Part shown: piece after piece, positions 27,804 to 48,334 of the stretch
Position numbering within the stretch: the first letter of the stretch is position 1
How the letters are laid out: every line of letters begins with the position of its first letter
Source of the DNA: Bigelowiella natans CCMP2755
Lineage: Eukaryota > Protista > Cercozoa
DNA length: 48,334 nucleotides
Assembly (NCBI GenBank): GCA_000320545.1
Contig: ADNK01002462.1
Span: 1-48,334 of the forward strand
Direction of reading: 5' to 3'
The notes under the pieces: generated by a model
What the model was told of the DNA's origin: nothing
Database searches by the model: none
What the model saw: only the letters and a program-made list of their open reading frames with translations
Translations under genes and position numbers: made by a program

Positions 27804-28178
27804 TTAAGAATTGGATTTTATATCATTTGATCTTGAAGTAATTGATGATCCCCTAGCGCTAGAAGATTGTCCGCCGTCCCTATTACTTGTATCTCCATTT
27901 CCAAGAGATAGCACACCAAGACAATTTGCTGCATCTGTGGAGGCTAGATTGTCAAGAACTTCATCCGCAGCTTTGGTATCATCTTGAGTTCCACCTAATA
28001 GGGAAGCGATAATACCATGAACTCTTTGAAGACCGCTGCCGAACATCGGTTGAAGTTTATTTCTATTGCTCCTCATACTCCCGGAGCTAGTCGCTGTTCT
28101 CTTGAACGAGCCATCTTCTGATGGCTTCTTCTTCCCCGATGGCTTCTTCTTCACAGGTCCATTGATCCCTTTCGTCAT
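27804..28178 (-). CDS. Hypothetical protein (124 aa ORF; may have extra exons)
   Basis: SSR-free ORF with natural composition and a repeated KKKPS motif. No recognisable domain. Confidence 0.35.
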   Translation of the reverse strand: MTKGINGPVKKKPSGKKKPSEDGSFKRTATSSGSMRSNRNKLQPMFGSGLQRVHGIIASLLGGTQDDTKAADEVLDNLASTDAANCLGVLSLGNGDTSNRDGGQSSSARGSSITSRSNDIKSNS

Positions 28179-28628
28179 TCTCAGGGGTGCAGATCGGAGC
28201 GTGAATTCGATGCAGTAAACCGCACAGAAAAGAAAAAGCCTCCTCCACTAAGGAGGGGAGGGCCCAATTTCTAATAGGAAGCAGAAGAACTCGTTTACAT
28301 CGCAAAGAGGTCCTATATTTTACCTGCGACATAATACATCTGGGTGCGAGATTCTAAATAGCCCCTTGCGTTTGTCACGAGTTCAATCCTCAATGTCAAC
28401 CCGGATGTTGTCCGACAGAAAATAGCATGAATATGTAGGCAGTTTCTACCCGAGATTAGACATAAAAACCCGAAATAAGCCACATTTCAGTAGTAGATCT
28501 AGTCCCAAGGAAATATATAGGACGACAATCATGGATCTCTTGTCGCTATGATGGGAAAATGAAAAATAACTGAAAGGCCTTTGGTTTTGAATTGCATTTT
28601 AAATTTCGACGCCAGGCCGAAGGGGGGC

Positions 28629-29579
28629 ATGGGACGGCGGGTATGGAAACGCGTCCCCGGAATTTATCCGATAGCTTTACTCATCGCTTTTGCTTCGAAA
28701 GCAACGAGCCTTCCTCAACGTCGGCACTCCGAAAGTTCTGAGCAATACGCGGTCATTTGTGTAACGAGTGGGTGAGCGATCCTCATCTAATCATTAGTAT
28801 TTTCCTATTAATCAGAATGAAGCACAGCTGCCGAGCCTTGAGGGGGGCGCAGATAGTCAGCCTTTCTCCATCAACAGAAAATCCAATGCAACTAAGCTCC
28901 GAGGTTTCAACAACTTTGAACAAGCCGACGAGGTTGATAACCCAAAGGACACCACGCAGCAGAGAATTGACGACAGCTTCCGATTCCATGAAGTGGAAGC
29001 GAAACCGGACAAATGGCCGAAGCTTTCTTTCAAATATGAAGATCCTTCCTCTCCTCCAAAATGGTGTGTTCAATTCTTGAAGAAGATCAGCATCCTATTA
29101 ATCCAGCAGTTGTATGGACACAATCTCTTTCATCGATGGAATTACACCAGTGATATCTATCCCTGTCCACAGACGCGACAGAGTCATCATTTTACGTTAT
29201 TGAATGATAGTATTTATTGTTTTAATACCACTAAGGGATTAGTTTGTACTTTATCGTTAGTCGTGACAGGGCGTAGAAGAAATAATGGTTGCTATTGTGA
29301 TAGCACTCGAGTGGCTGAGTGGTGGTTTTTAACTTTTTCAGGCTGAAGCTACCGTCCAAGATTGAACCAGGACTTCCCGTTACAAAACCCCCACCCGTCC
29401 CCAACATGATTCAACCGCCCTACCCTTGGCCAATGGAAAACTCGTACGGAGCTTCTTCATATGCGGCTCTCGTCCAGGGTCAAACGGAACCCCGGCAGAA
29501 TATAGGAAGCACAGGGACTCCGTCGCGATGGATTCCATGGTCTGCATTTTACACATCGAAAGGAGATTCGTTGAAGTAG
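28629..29579 (+). CDS. Hypothetical secreted or targeted Pro-rich protein, 3 exons
   Basis: MGRRVWKRVPGIYPIALLIAFASKATS (signal-peptide-like)..EQYA|NEAQLPSLEGG..FKYEDPSSPPK|WLKLPSKIEPGLPVTKPPPVPNMIQPPYPWP..GDSLK*. The GT-AG introns are phase-compatible. Confidence 0.5.
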
Positions 29580-30686
29580 GTATGCACAGGAGGTCTAGAT
29601 CACTGGTGTGTGCACATGAAAGCATAATAAACTCGTTAGCCTAAGATTTCGCGTTTATCCTTTCGTGGGCCGTCATCGGAATCTTCCACTGTCATGTCGT
29701 AAAGTACTGTGTCTATAGTTCGTAAATATTGTCGAATGCTACTAGTATATGGCCAGCAACAGAAGCTAGCGCTGCTACGTGCATTTGCAGTCACGTTGGA
29801 ATGACGTGCAGTTCTCGTGTGAGGTATGATGTATAATGTCAAGATGCGTGTGTGTGGAACTCTGAGGGCGAGTTTTTTGGAGGTGGTACTAGAGGATGCT
29901 AAATTTGAGGGATGATGCGCTGGACGGCGCATGTGGTTCTTGTATTTAAGCGGGTGAAACGATATCGAGCACTGAGCAGCACGAGAAGCTAGCTAGCTAT
30001 AGAATCGAAGGGGGGCAAGCATGCATGCTATCTAGCTAACGCAATAACCGTTGCACTACAAATTTCTTTTACTTGTTCGACGCGTGGCATGCATGTCATT
30101 GCTAGATTGCATCTGTACGCTAGCACGTGTGCACATCTAGCTAGCTAGCTAGCTAGACATGCATGTGTGGCAACGTAGTGCGTACGTAGCCATGCACCAC
30201 ATGCAAGAGAACATGTCTAGGCTAGCTTCCACACAACACGTCCGGACATGCGTACACACAGCGTGAACATGCATGCAAATGTGGAACTACAGCACTAGAG
30301 ATGAGCCACGCCATTGAAAACATTTAATCACTTCATCACATTCGCCTATTCGCCTCACAGCTAGCGGCTGCGCGCGCCGCGCGAGCATCGCAAATGCATA
30401 GCACGCCTCATTAGAGCGACACGCATGCTTGCTGTGAACAAAGACAGTAATACTCATCACAAGCATAAAGGTCCAACTTTTATTCCTTGACTTTAGACAC
30501 ATACTACAGGGATGACGACAGATGATTTTATAATAATTCATCTCTCAACGATTCCCTCCCCGTTTCACCTCTGCTTTCTTCCTCTTCACCCTCCTCCTCC
30601 TCCTTTTTTTTAATTCCGGGGCTTTTCATATGGCCGTCATCATCATCATCACCATCGCATGATGAGCAGGTTCGTCGTCGGTAGTT

Positions 30687-30966
30687 AGTCGATAGGGTCA
30701 TCTGGAGCTGAATTGAAGTCCACACCTGGTAGGGTAGGGAAGGGTAGGGGAGATGATTTGCGTGTTGTGATTTTTAGTGAGGCCGATAAGGATAATGATG
30801 ATGATGTTGTTCTCTGGCACTCGATCTCAACATCATTATTGTCATTGTCATTATCACAGCTTGTTCGCAGAGGACATCGTCCAGCAATGGACTTCGTCGT
30901 CAGTACAAAGCAAGATTTTTCAGCTGTTCCTCTTCATCTTATACGCGCGCGCGTGTGTGTGTATGC

Positions 30967-31022
<56 letters not shown>

Positions 31023-31120
31023 TTTGATGACGTGACGATAGGATGGTGATGGTGATGATAATTTTCAAATCCATAGCCAATGTCCAACATATCAACACAC
31101 AACCACACACACACACACAC

Positions 31121-31165
<45 letters not shown>

Positions 31166-32762
31166 ACCCATTAATGCAGTCAAGCCTCCTCCCCCCCTTT
31201 CTACATGTCACAGCAACTCATCATCATCATCACCATCATCATCATCATTATCATGAATCAACGAATCATCGCTATTCTTCTTCTTGTTGTTGTTGTTGTT
31301 GTTATTGTTGTTGTTGTTTACCAGTAGCTGTTGGGGAGGAGCCTCGTGCTATTAATGACGTCATTGGGACCCTTGGAAGAGGCTTCGGCTTTGCAAACCT
31401 ACACATTATCATTATTGTTGTTGTTCTTGTTGTGACATGCCCAAGCTATGTGTGATGACGACGCCTTTGCCAACCCCCCCCCCCCCCTCTCGCTCGCTCT
31501 CCGAAGACACGACCACGAGAAGACAACGACACGACAGCTAACATACGATGGAAATGCAGCTATAGTTTCTAATTTTGCCCATCTGTTGTCCTTCCCTGTG
31601 CTGTCCCACACTAAGTCTGAGACAACGGCGATGGTGATAAACAAAGGGTGGGAGGGGGAGGGGGGGGGCGAAAGAAGATTAGATAATGTCCTAATATATC
31701 ACTGCCGGTTTCTTGCTGAATGCTTTTATGACATTTCTAACCCCATGTCGTCAGGATAATCTTCATCATTTATCATAATTTATTATCATCATCATCTAAA
31801 TCATCATGGATTAATCACCATCTCCTAATATAGCAGCGCAGCACTAACTACTACTACTACTACTACTACTATTACTATTACTACTACCCTGCCTCGTCAT
31901 CTTATTCTCCCAAAACATATCTCGCAGCTCATCCAGCGGGACAGGTCCGTGCCTCTTTTCCTACGATTCGTCAAACCCACAACACAAACAACAATCAGAT
32001 AGAGGAAATGGTGATGACTGAGAGCTAAGGGGAAAAGATAAATATCATGTGTCCCCCCCCCCCCCCCCCACTTTCCTCTCCTTTCATCATCACAAAAAGG
32101 AATAACGCAATCACCTTGGCATCTACATAGTGCCACGTGGGGATAACACTGGGGTCTTTGTATTTTTCTGCGCTAAATATGTGGAAATATCTACGAGAAT
32201 ACGACAACAACGACGAGGAGGAGGAGGGGGAAGGAATCAGCGACGATGACTCAAAAATGAAAACAGATTCTAATTTGTCTTATCCTTTCACATCATCATC
32301 ATCATCATTATCATCATCATCATCATTATGACTTGACCCACATATCACACAGCACAACACAACACAACGCAACGCAACACAACGCAACACAACACACGTC
32401 TTCGGTAGGTTCTTGATCATGGTCCATGTCTGGAAGCTGTTGTCGTCCATATTCCACACCTTCAGAAGGGGGGGAGGGGGGGGGGGGAAGAGAGGGTACA
32501 TAGAAAAGTCAAATGTATCATAAACGATAAGGTGATAAGGGCAGTATCATCAAATTGAATATGCTTTAGTAGTATTACCACACATCTTTTGTTGAGGCAA
32601 GGAGTGGCTGATGACGAGGAGGGAGGGGGAGGGGAAGGAGGAGGAGGAGGAGGAGGAGGAGAGTCAAGCACAATCAGTGTAGATGAGCAATTTCGTGATA
32701 AATAAACGATTCCTTTGCTCCGATGTCTCTTGCAAGTAATGTGCATGATGATTTTGCTGCGG

Positions 32763-32855
<93 letters not shown>

Positions 32856-32940
32856 AACATATAACATGATAGAAGCAACACGATACGCACTCGTCCATAT
32901 TTCCTTGAGCTTCTCCGCGCTGACGGGTCCCATTCTGCCC

Positions 32941-32978
<38 letters not shown>

Positions 32979-33007
32979 ATCATCAATTCGAAGAGCAATC
33001 ATGGATA

Positions 33008-33038
<31 letters not shown>

Positions 33039-33424
33039 AAGACGCTACTGCTTCACTACAAAGCTCTCCTACCTATTACATCCGATAACACAACTAGTAA
33101 CATCAACCCAAGCAGCATGCGTCGGTGTATAATAGCACGGTGGTAAAGCACAAGTCCTTGCTTGTTGCATGCTACCGCTCCTGCTCCTCCTCCCCCTCCC
33201 CCTCCCCCTCCCTTACACAACCACTGGTTTACCTTTGTTGATTCGTATCGACGTAGTACCAACGATGGCTCCTACATTGATAATGGGGATGATGATGACG
33301 ACGACGACGACGATGATGATGATGATGATGATGATGGTGATGGTGATGAAGGAAGGGGAAGAAGGGGACAGTCCTAGCGAACATACAAACACACACACAC
33401 ACACAGACTTATATATGTATATTA

Positions 33425-33474
<50 letters not shown>

Positions 33475-33645
33475 CGTTGTCACCGTCGCCACCATCCGTA
33501 CCATCATATCTTCACACTACTGCCATCAATCAACATCCATCGGGTTAATACACACGTACTCGGGATTTGTCCTTTTTTGCTGTGATACGATGTTTGGCTG
33601 GGAAGCAATCTTCTGCTGCGCCATCTTCCTCTCCATCTAAAGAAA

Positions 33646-33692
<47 letters not shown>

Positions 33693-33877
33693 TTTTGACG
33701 TATATTGTATATGTAAAAACTATACAAAAGTTAGTTTAAACGACGTGGAAGCCTGTCGCTACCCCCCACCCCCTCTCCCGTAAAAGAGATCCCAGAAGAA
33801 GAAGGGGATGAAACACAACGATTCCATAAACTTCCCTTTTTGTCCATATAAATGAATCGTATTATCGACGTTAAATG

Positions 33878-33910
<33 letters not shown>

Positions 33911-34003
33911 TTGATAATAATAACAACAATAAAATAAAGATTTGTGACAATGTAGCTCTTCGATGCGGTAGTGATAGCAGTAGCAGTAGCAGTAGCAGCA
34001 GCG

Positions 34004-34042
<39 letters not shown>

Positions 34043-34373
34043 ACAAACATCGTTGAGTCGCTGATGATAATCATGATGATAGTTGTGGTGATTGCTCTTT
34101 TTCCTCTCCCTCCTCATTGCTGCGGCAAACCCCCCCTCCTGATTCGCCTTCGAGAAGGTGTTGTTGAGCATCATTAGGGGAGGGGAGGATGCAGACGGCG
34201 CGCGGGGGCTGATGATGGGCGATGATGCGGGACTACTCGACGGGATGGGGGGGGGGGGGGGGGAGCTGGCGAGGAGTCGTAGTCTCAAAGCTTCCTCAAT
34301 CGATGCATTTGATTTTTGGTGTTTTTTGATGGCCGTCGTCATCCTAGAGTCAGTTATCGATGCTCCTCTCCCT

Positions 34374-34409
<36 letters not shown>

Positions 34410-35204
34410 TTCTTCTTGTTGTGCTCGTTGCTGCTATGATTGCTGGTGTGCAGGGAATCCCTCACGGCAGCAGTAGTAGTAGTAGTCGCTTTGGGGGAGG
34501 GGGAGAGGCATCTTCCCCTTCTCCATCGTTGTTGTCCATCGTCATCATCATCCTGAGGCGGCTGCTGTTGTAGTCTTCTCCTTCTTCTTCTAGATGCTGC
34601 TGATGATGATGATGACGAGGAAGATGGCCACGAGTCTAAGGCATCAGATGATGCACAACGCGGCCTGTTCTGTTGTCGTTGTTGTTGATGATGATGACGA
34701 TGACGATGACGATACTGCTGTACAATCGGACTACGGCTCCTGCTCCCCCCCCCTCCTCTTTGGATATGACGAGATGACTTCAACGAAGTTGATGTGGCTT
34801 TCATATTCTTCGCGCTGGTATTACTACTACGACTAGCAGCAGCAGCAGCAGCAGCGGTAGTAATAAGTAGTCGTAGTGGTAGTAGTAACAGTAGTAGTAC
34901 TAGTAAAAGTTCCAATTGAGGTGCTGCTGCTCTTCGCCGTCGTCATCTTGTTCTTCTTGATCGATGTGGAGGATGATGATGAGGAGGAGGATGCTGCTGC
35001 TGCTGCTGCTGCTGCTGTTTTAGATTCAAAGAGAGACACAAGAGAGCGGGTGGAGGAGACTCGACGTGGGCGATCTCGCTGTCCCCCCCCCCCCTTCCTT
35101 TTGAGTACGCTCTCTTCTTCTCGCCGATATACCGCGCTACCATCAGCATGTTGAGGGGTGGGGGGTGGCGTGGCAGTTGGCATTGCATAACAAGCGGCAC
35201 CCTT

Positions 35205-35236
<32 letters not shown>

Positions 35237-35602
35237 TGTTATCATCGTTGGCGCCAACCGTGGAGGGCTTTTGGTTTTGAGAGAAGGTATTATTTGGGAT
35301 TATTGTTGCATGTATCATTGACCCCCCCCCCCCCGAAAGGAAAGAAAAACACAACAAGGTCGGGAATAATGAGATTTAATTTGGGGTTGATTTGTGTGGG
35401 TGTATTGTTGTTATATCACAGCGCAACAAGCAGCCAATGATCGCACCGTTGGTTGATTGATTGGTTCATTCATACATTCATTGCGTGGTAATAACGGTTT
35501 TGTGTGTGTGTGGGTGGGTGTGTGTGTGTGTGTGTTCCAGTGGATATGAAGAATAAGGACAGGATATTTTATAATATATATTATAATATGTGTATATGTA
35601 GA

Positions 35603-35650
<48 letters not shown>

Positions 35651-36058
35651 AATGGTAGATCAATAGTGGATCGGACAGGATTCCCCCCAAAGCCAACAGA
35701 GCCAAATATAAACGTAAATTAAATGTAAATGTACGATATATATTTATGCATATTGTATCATATAATATGCATCTAAGATTGAAACGATTTGCTATTCTAA
35801 CAACCCACACATGCGTGCGATTTGTAAGTAATTTATGGCCCATCGTCGGTACGGTGAAGTCATCATCATCATCATCATCATCATTATCATCATCATCATC
35901 GTAAATCATGAACACCAGTCATCGATCAGCTCATCACCTCAAACGTGCCGTTGAGTGTCAGTTGATGGCGCTTCTTCTTTCTCAATCGACGCTTAGTGGC
36001 AGCCGCTGTTGTGTATATGATGACGACGATGATGATGATGGTGACGATGATGCTGCTG

Positions 36059-36127
<69 letters not shown>

Positions 36128-36878
36128 TATTTATATTTTTCGCCTTCATCATCATCATCATCATCATCATTATCATCATCCTCTTACTTGAAGCAGCATT
36201 GCCGCTAGCAGCAGATGTAGCCATCGTCGTCGTGGTGGTGGTCTTCTCCTGCTCCTCTGGGCTGCCCTTTGATTCTGGTGAATTGTCCAACGCGGGGGAG
36301 GCCGAAGAAGAAGGATTGGGACTGCGTGTATGAAAAATAGAGAACAAATGATAAAACAATTCAATAATACGACTATCGTGAGTTGCAAAATGATTTGCTG
36401 TGCTGTCTAATGGCCTCCTCCTCCTCCTCTTCTTCTTCTTCTTCTTCTTGAGGCACTCAACCAACTGGTGAATGCACACATAGACACTGTAATTCGTGCT
36501 CGAATCATTGATCTCTGTTTCTTTCTCTCTCTCTCTTTCTCTCTTCATATAATAAATAAATAGATAAATATATAAAACACAATCACCGAGGGGGCTGCTT
36601 CGGTTTCGATGCCGCCGATGTCTTGCGATCTCGCAGCTTTCTTCGCGAAGGTGGCGGAGTTGAGGGCGGGCCGGGGGGGGGGCCAGATGCTGCTGATGAC
36701 GTCGTGCGACTCCGCGACCGGGGGGGGGCAATTGGTGGGCTGATCATTCTAGCAGGGTTGACATACTCCCAAAGATCTTTTACATCCTAAAGTAGGAAGA
36801 TGATGATATCACAGCACGGTGAAATCACCAGACATTGGAGAATCAACACGCTGCCTTAATATTAGCTCTTCACACACA

Positions 36879-36909
<31 letters not shown>

Positions 36910-37062
36910 TCTGGGCAGTAGCAGCAGCAGCAGCAGCAGAGGAATGGGTGCTACATCACCAATCATCAATCACCATTGTCATCGTCATCATCATCATCAT
37001 CATCATCTCACACCTTTGCCTTCATCCACTGTTTGTTTGCATGGCGGACCTTAACATAGCCA

Positions 37063-37150
<88 letters not shown>

Positions 37151-37579
37151 GTATTGTAGCAGTGTGTGCTTTTTAGTACATATTTGCCTGCCTCGTATAA
37201 GCATCATTCAAGGTTATACCCCGAATAATCGCATCATACGCACCAACAAACAGCATTATCGTCCATCATCATCATGATTATCATCATCAAGGCTACTGAG
37301 GGAGGGAGGGAAGGAAGGAGAGAGAGGGGGGGGGCGGATAATGAAAGAAGGGTTTATCGACGACCGACCGCGTGCCAAACGAGAGTCTTCTCGGAAAGAC
37401 CCTGAGCCTTGTCCGCAAATGCCTTCTTCACATCGCTGTAGCACGGCGCCAGAAAGCAGCAGCAGGAGCAGCAGCAGCACTCGGTATTAGTAATGGACTA
37501 TACGTTGGTGAGAGATTATCCTCTCTTTGCATTGAGCGTGTGCGTGTGAGAGAGAGAGAGAGTGTGTGTGTGTGTGTGC

Positions 37580-37617
<38 letters not shown>

Positions 37618-38020
37618 ATTAGTAGCCATCATATTATCATAATCCACTCAAAATAGTAGTCATAGTAGTAGTAGTAGGAGGAGGAGGAGGAGGAGAAGGA
37701 GTGTGTGCGGAGAGGACAATAGCTGTGGTGGAGAGGTGATGATTCCAAGAGAGCAGCGCAAATTAGCCGATTATAGATGTCGGTCATCATCATTATTCAT
37801 AATAGCGACAAGCTAGCAAGTGGGTGTTGCTGTGTTTGGTGGTTATTCTTACTCCATTGTCACAGGCCCGGCACTCGTTTCATTCCTCGTTACGAAGTAC
37901 CAGTTCTTGTCCTTGCCCTTTCGCGAGTAACAACAACACCAACAGCGACACAGCAAAGCAGCATATGTATTCAAATCTCACCATCCGTCGATCTATCTTG
38001 ATGTCAGGTGGGCGAAGTGC

Positions 38021-38053
<33 letters not shown>

Positions 38054-38572
38054 GGTTATAGAATTCGATATTATCCTCACCCCCTTCTTCGTTTCTGCTG
38101 TCGTAGAGGAGGAGGAGGAGGAGGAGGAGGAAGAAGAGCCATCTGCTGCATCATCAAAGACAACAGAGAAGGGAGGAGGAGGAGGAGGACGGGGAGACAT
38201 CGTTAATGTTCCCACCAACACCACCATGGTTTTTCTTCTTCAAATCGCATTCTATGCATTGAATCACCGTTCTGTTCTTGTTGTTGTCCCCCTCTAGTAA
38301 TAGGCTGCTTCGACTGAAGTGCCTCCTGTGATGAGTAGTGATCAAGGAGGGGGAAGGAGGGGGGGGAGAGGGAGTTGTTGTCTTTTCTTTTGCATATCAT
38401 TAGCAACCAACGATATTATTGAATACGAGGCTCAGATGCTTTGCCCTACGACACGAATGATCGCAATCACGTGCGAAGAAAAAAAGGGGGGGGGGGGGGA
38501 TGGGAGACTGTTGAAGAAGAAGGGTAGTGGTAGGATTATGGCAGCTTCTGGCGAATGAAATCTTGGAAAGCA

Positions 38573-38607
<35 letters not shown>

Positions 38608-39073
38608 CACTAGCTCTTGTTGCTGCTGCTGCTGCGATTTTCGAATGAAGACCCACCTTTGTTTTCCTCGCCTCTTCCGTTATGGACAGTGCGTTTGGAA
38701 GCTACAATTGTTGTTTGGGGGAAATCAGGAGCTGTCACACGGCTTGTAGCAAGGGGGGGAGGGGGGGGGAGATGGGGGAGGCTCTTCCACCAGAACAGAA
38801 AACCCCTGTAGTTCATGCGGTTAATCTTACATTCTCTGCCGGAGGGGGCGGGGGAGCATCATCCTAATCGTCACAAAATTAAAATGAGTGAAAAGCCGAA
38901 TGGTTTGTCTCATAAATGAATATCGAGCAGTTACGTACGTCTGATTCTGATAGCACCTCAGATCTAGGAGCCAGCAGATACCTTGAAGAAGAGCAGTGTG
39001 ATAACAATGCGGATTCGTGAAATGAAAACCCAGCAAGCAAATCGAAAAAGCATCATTCTTCAGCACCGTTTGT

Positions 39074-39108
<35 letters not shown>

Positions 39109-39384
39109 CACTATGTGTCACACTATCCGTTACATTCAATTATCTCCAGGAAATGTTATGACATCTAATTCATCGATACATTATTATCTCCAGGAAATGT
39201 TGTAACATCCAATTGATACATTATTCAAAATTTGCCTCTCCCACGGACAACTCACTTACTTTTTCAGCAACAGCTGTCGCTTGATCTTCTTCCAGTTATC
39301 TGGCGAGCTCTTTTGCCATACCAAAGTGTTATCGTGGATTTTCTAAGAGGCATTTATTATTATTATCATCAACATTTCAATTTT

Positions 39385-39421
<37 letters not shown>

Positions 39422-39447
39422 ACACACACATAATTACATGTGTGTGT

Positions 39448-39499
<52 letters not shown>

Positions 39500-39952
39500 A
39501 TATTTGTCGTGAAGCGAACAAGGGTGTGAGGGATTTGGCAAATATTTTGCCTTTTCATCCCATAGTTTTTTCAGGTCGGTGGCCGGGATGGGTCCATACA
39601 TCTTCCGATCGATGGCGTAGTGCCACATCTGACGAGTATTACGAAAAAAAGAATTAAAGTCCGTCAGGATTGATGCGTAAATTTCAATATATTGCCCCGT
39701 TGTCTCTCATACACACCCATGCGAAAATGTTCATGGAGCGTTTGAAGTTTTTAATACTGCAACGATAACGGTCAAGGGAGGGCGGCTTACACAGAAGCAT
39801 CAATGCGCCATCTCAAGAAACGAAGGTAGTTGAACGCATCTTACTTATTTTCATTAATTCATAACAACGTAGCTGTCGATCAGGGAGGGGGGTGTAGCTA
39901 GTACGACGGTGAGAGCTACCTTGGCAAGGAGAGGCTTGAACTCATCCTCCAT
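30687..39952 (-). CDS. Large multi-exon protein with four GYF_2 (DUF4339)-type domains and long low-complexity linkers; 3' end (30900 or 30687) and some middle exons uncertain
   Basis: Four spliced domains: WHYAIDRKMYGPIPATDLKKLWDEK|KIHDNTLVWQKSSPDNWKKI (~39628-39260); WYFVTRNETSAGPVTM|DDVKKAF..SEKTLVWHA|..WMKAK|DVKDL (~37918-36770); WYYVDTNQQ|RMGPVSAEKLKEIW..|VWNMDDNSFQTWTMI (~33272-32400); WHYVDAK|EKRHGPVPLDELRDMFWENKMTRQ|DLVWDSTGKDNRWAKL (~32140-31570). All fit W-Y..GP....L........T.VW.....W. Confidence 0.8.
39139..39222 (+). repeat. Two-copy ~42-44 bp tandem duplication inside an intron
   Basis: attatctccaggaaatgttatgacatctaatt..gatacatt is followed directly by attatctccaggaaatgttgtaacatccaattgatacatt. 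Confidence 0.8.
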
Positions 39953-40419
39953 TTTGGCTTCTTAAGACTTAAGTGTCGACGTCCCGGTGAGCGAATGTCG
40001 ATTCCGCCTACGAGAACACCCTCCGTTATCCATTTTTCATTGTCGCAGAAAACAAGTGAAATGGATTTCCTCGCGAACGCGATCAGATGCTGATATTTTA
40101 GCCCCATCTCAAGATGCATTGCGTTAGCAGTGTGCTGCTTCCTGATATCCTTGTCGCGATGGTGGAAATGAACTGTCGAAACTCATCGCGATACACTTGG
40201 TTTTCCTGTGTTTAGCGTTGTCGCAGGGAATAACCCCCCTGTGATTGTATTGTATGCGACCGCTGGTTGAATTGTGGCGGTGCCATTGTGGAGTGGTAGC
40301 CGTTTGTTCCGAGCGAATGGTGCCTGCGCTCCACACCGTCCTACCCGTACGGCGACCGGGGAGACAGCTCGTGTTGCAGCTGTGCTTCGATACTCTTCGC
40401 ATATGACCTGCTACTGCTA

Positions 40420-48223
<7,804 letters not shown>

Positions 48224-48283
48224 GTAAGAAAGAAAGGGGAGGGGGGGAGGGCGGAGGGGGGGGACTTAGGAGCGGGTAGGAAG

Positions 48284-48323
<40 letters not shown>

Positions 48324-48334
48324 GGAGGAGTAGA

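Noticed and set aside
28643-28771. Second apparent in-frame TGA in exon 1 of the secreted-protein gene
   Set aside because: A different frame with the donor GCG|gtcatt gives an open reading with a signal peptide.
39916-40119. GGIDIRSPG resembling a RuvC-I motif (TnpB/Fanzor)
   Set aside because: The ORF is short, with no RuvC-II/III or zinc ribbon. The region is better explained as the promoter and first exon (MEDEFKPLLAK) of the GYF gene.

Overview
Eukaryotic nuclear DNA from an intron-rich, microsatellite-laden protist or algal genome (standard genetic code, GT-AG introns, at least one GC-AG). The lineage cannot be proven here. RHL1 plus the XRRA1-like gene suggest a flagellated alga or protist, and a chlorarachniophyte/rhizarian is only a guess. 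Most ORF-track entries are SSR artefacts, so I rebuilt genes by splicing exons by hand. About 14 genes: tandem-C2 protein (-), Tom22 (+), PH-like/C2-like protein (-), RHL1 topoisomerase VI subunit (+), XRRA1-like LRR protein (-), archease (+), weak hypothetical (-), intronless mannitol 2-dehydrogenase (+), Tudor-like/SET methyltransferase (-), KA1-like/ARM protein (+), weak hypothetical (-), secreted Pro-rich protein (+), four-GYF_2-domain protein (-) and a poly-zinc-finger protein (+). Most notable observations: (1) gene orientation alternates strictly; (2) every tail-to-tail spacer is a palindrome-rich tract, and three carry copies of one foldback repeat family; (3) the zinc-finger/AT-hook protein starts with a signal-peptide-like segment; (4) SSR types are placed in a polarised way at splice sites.
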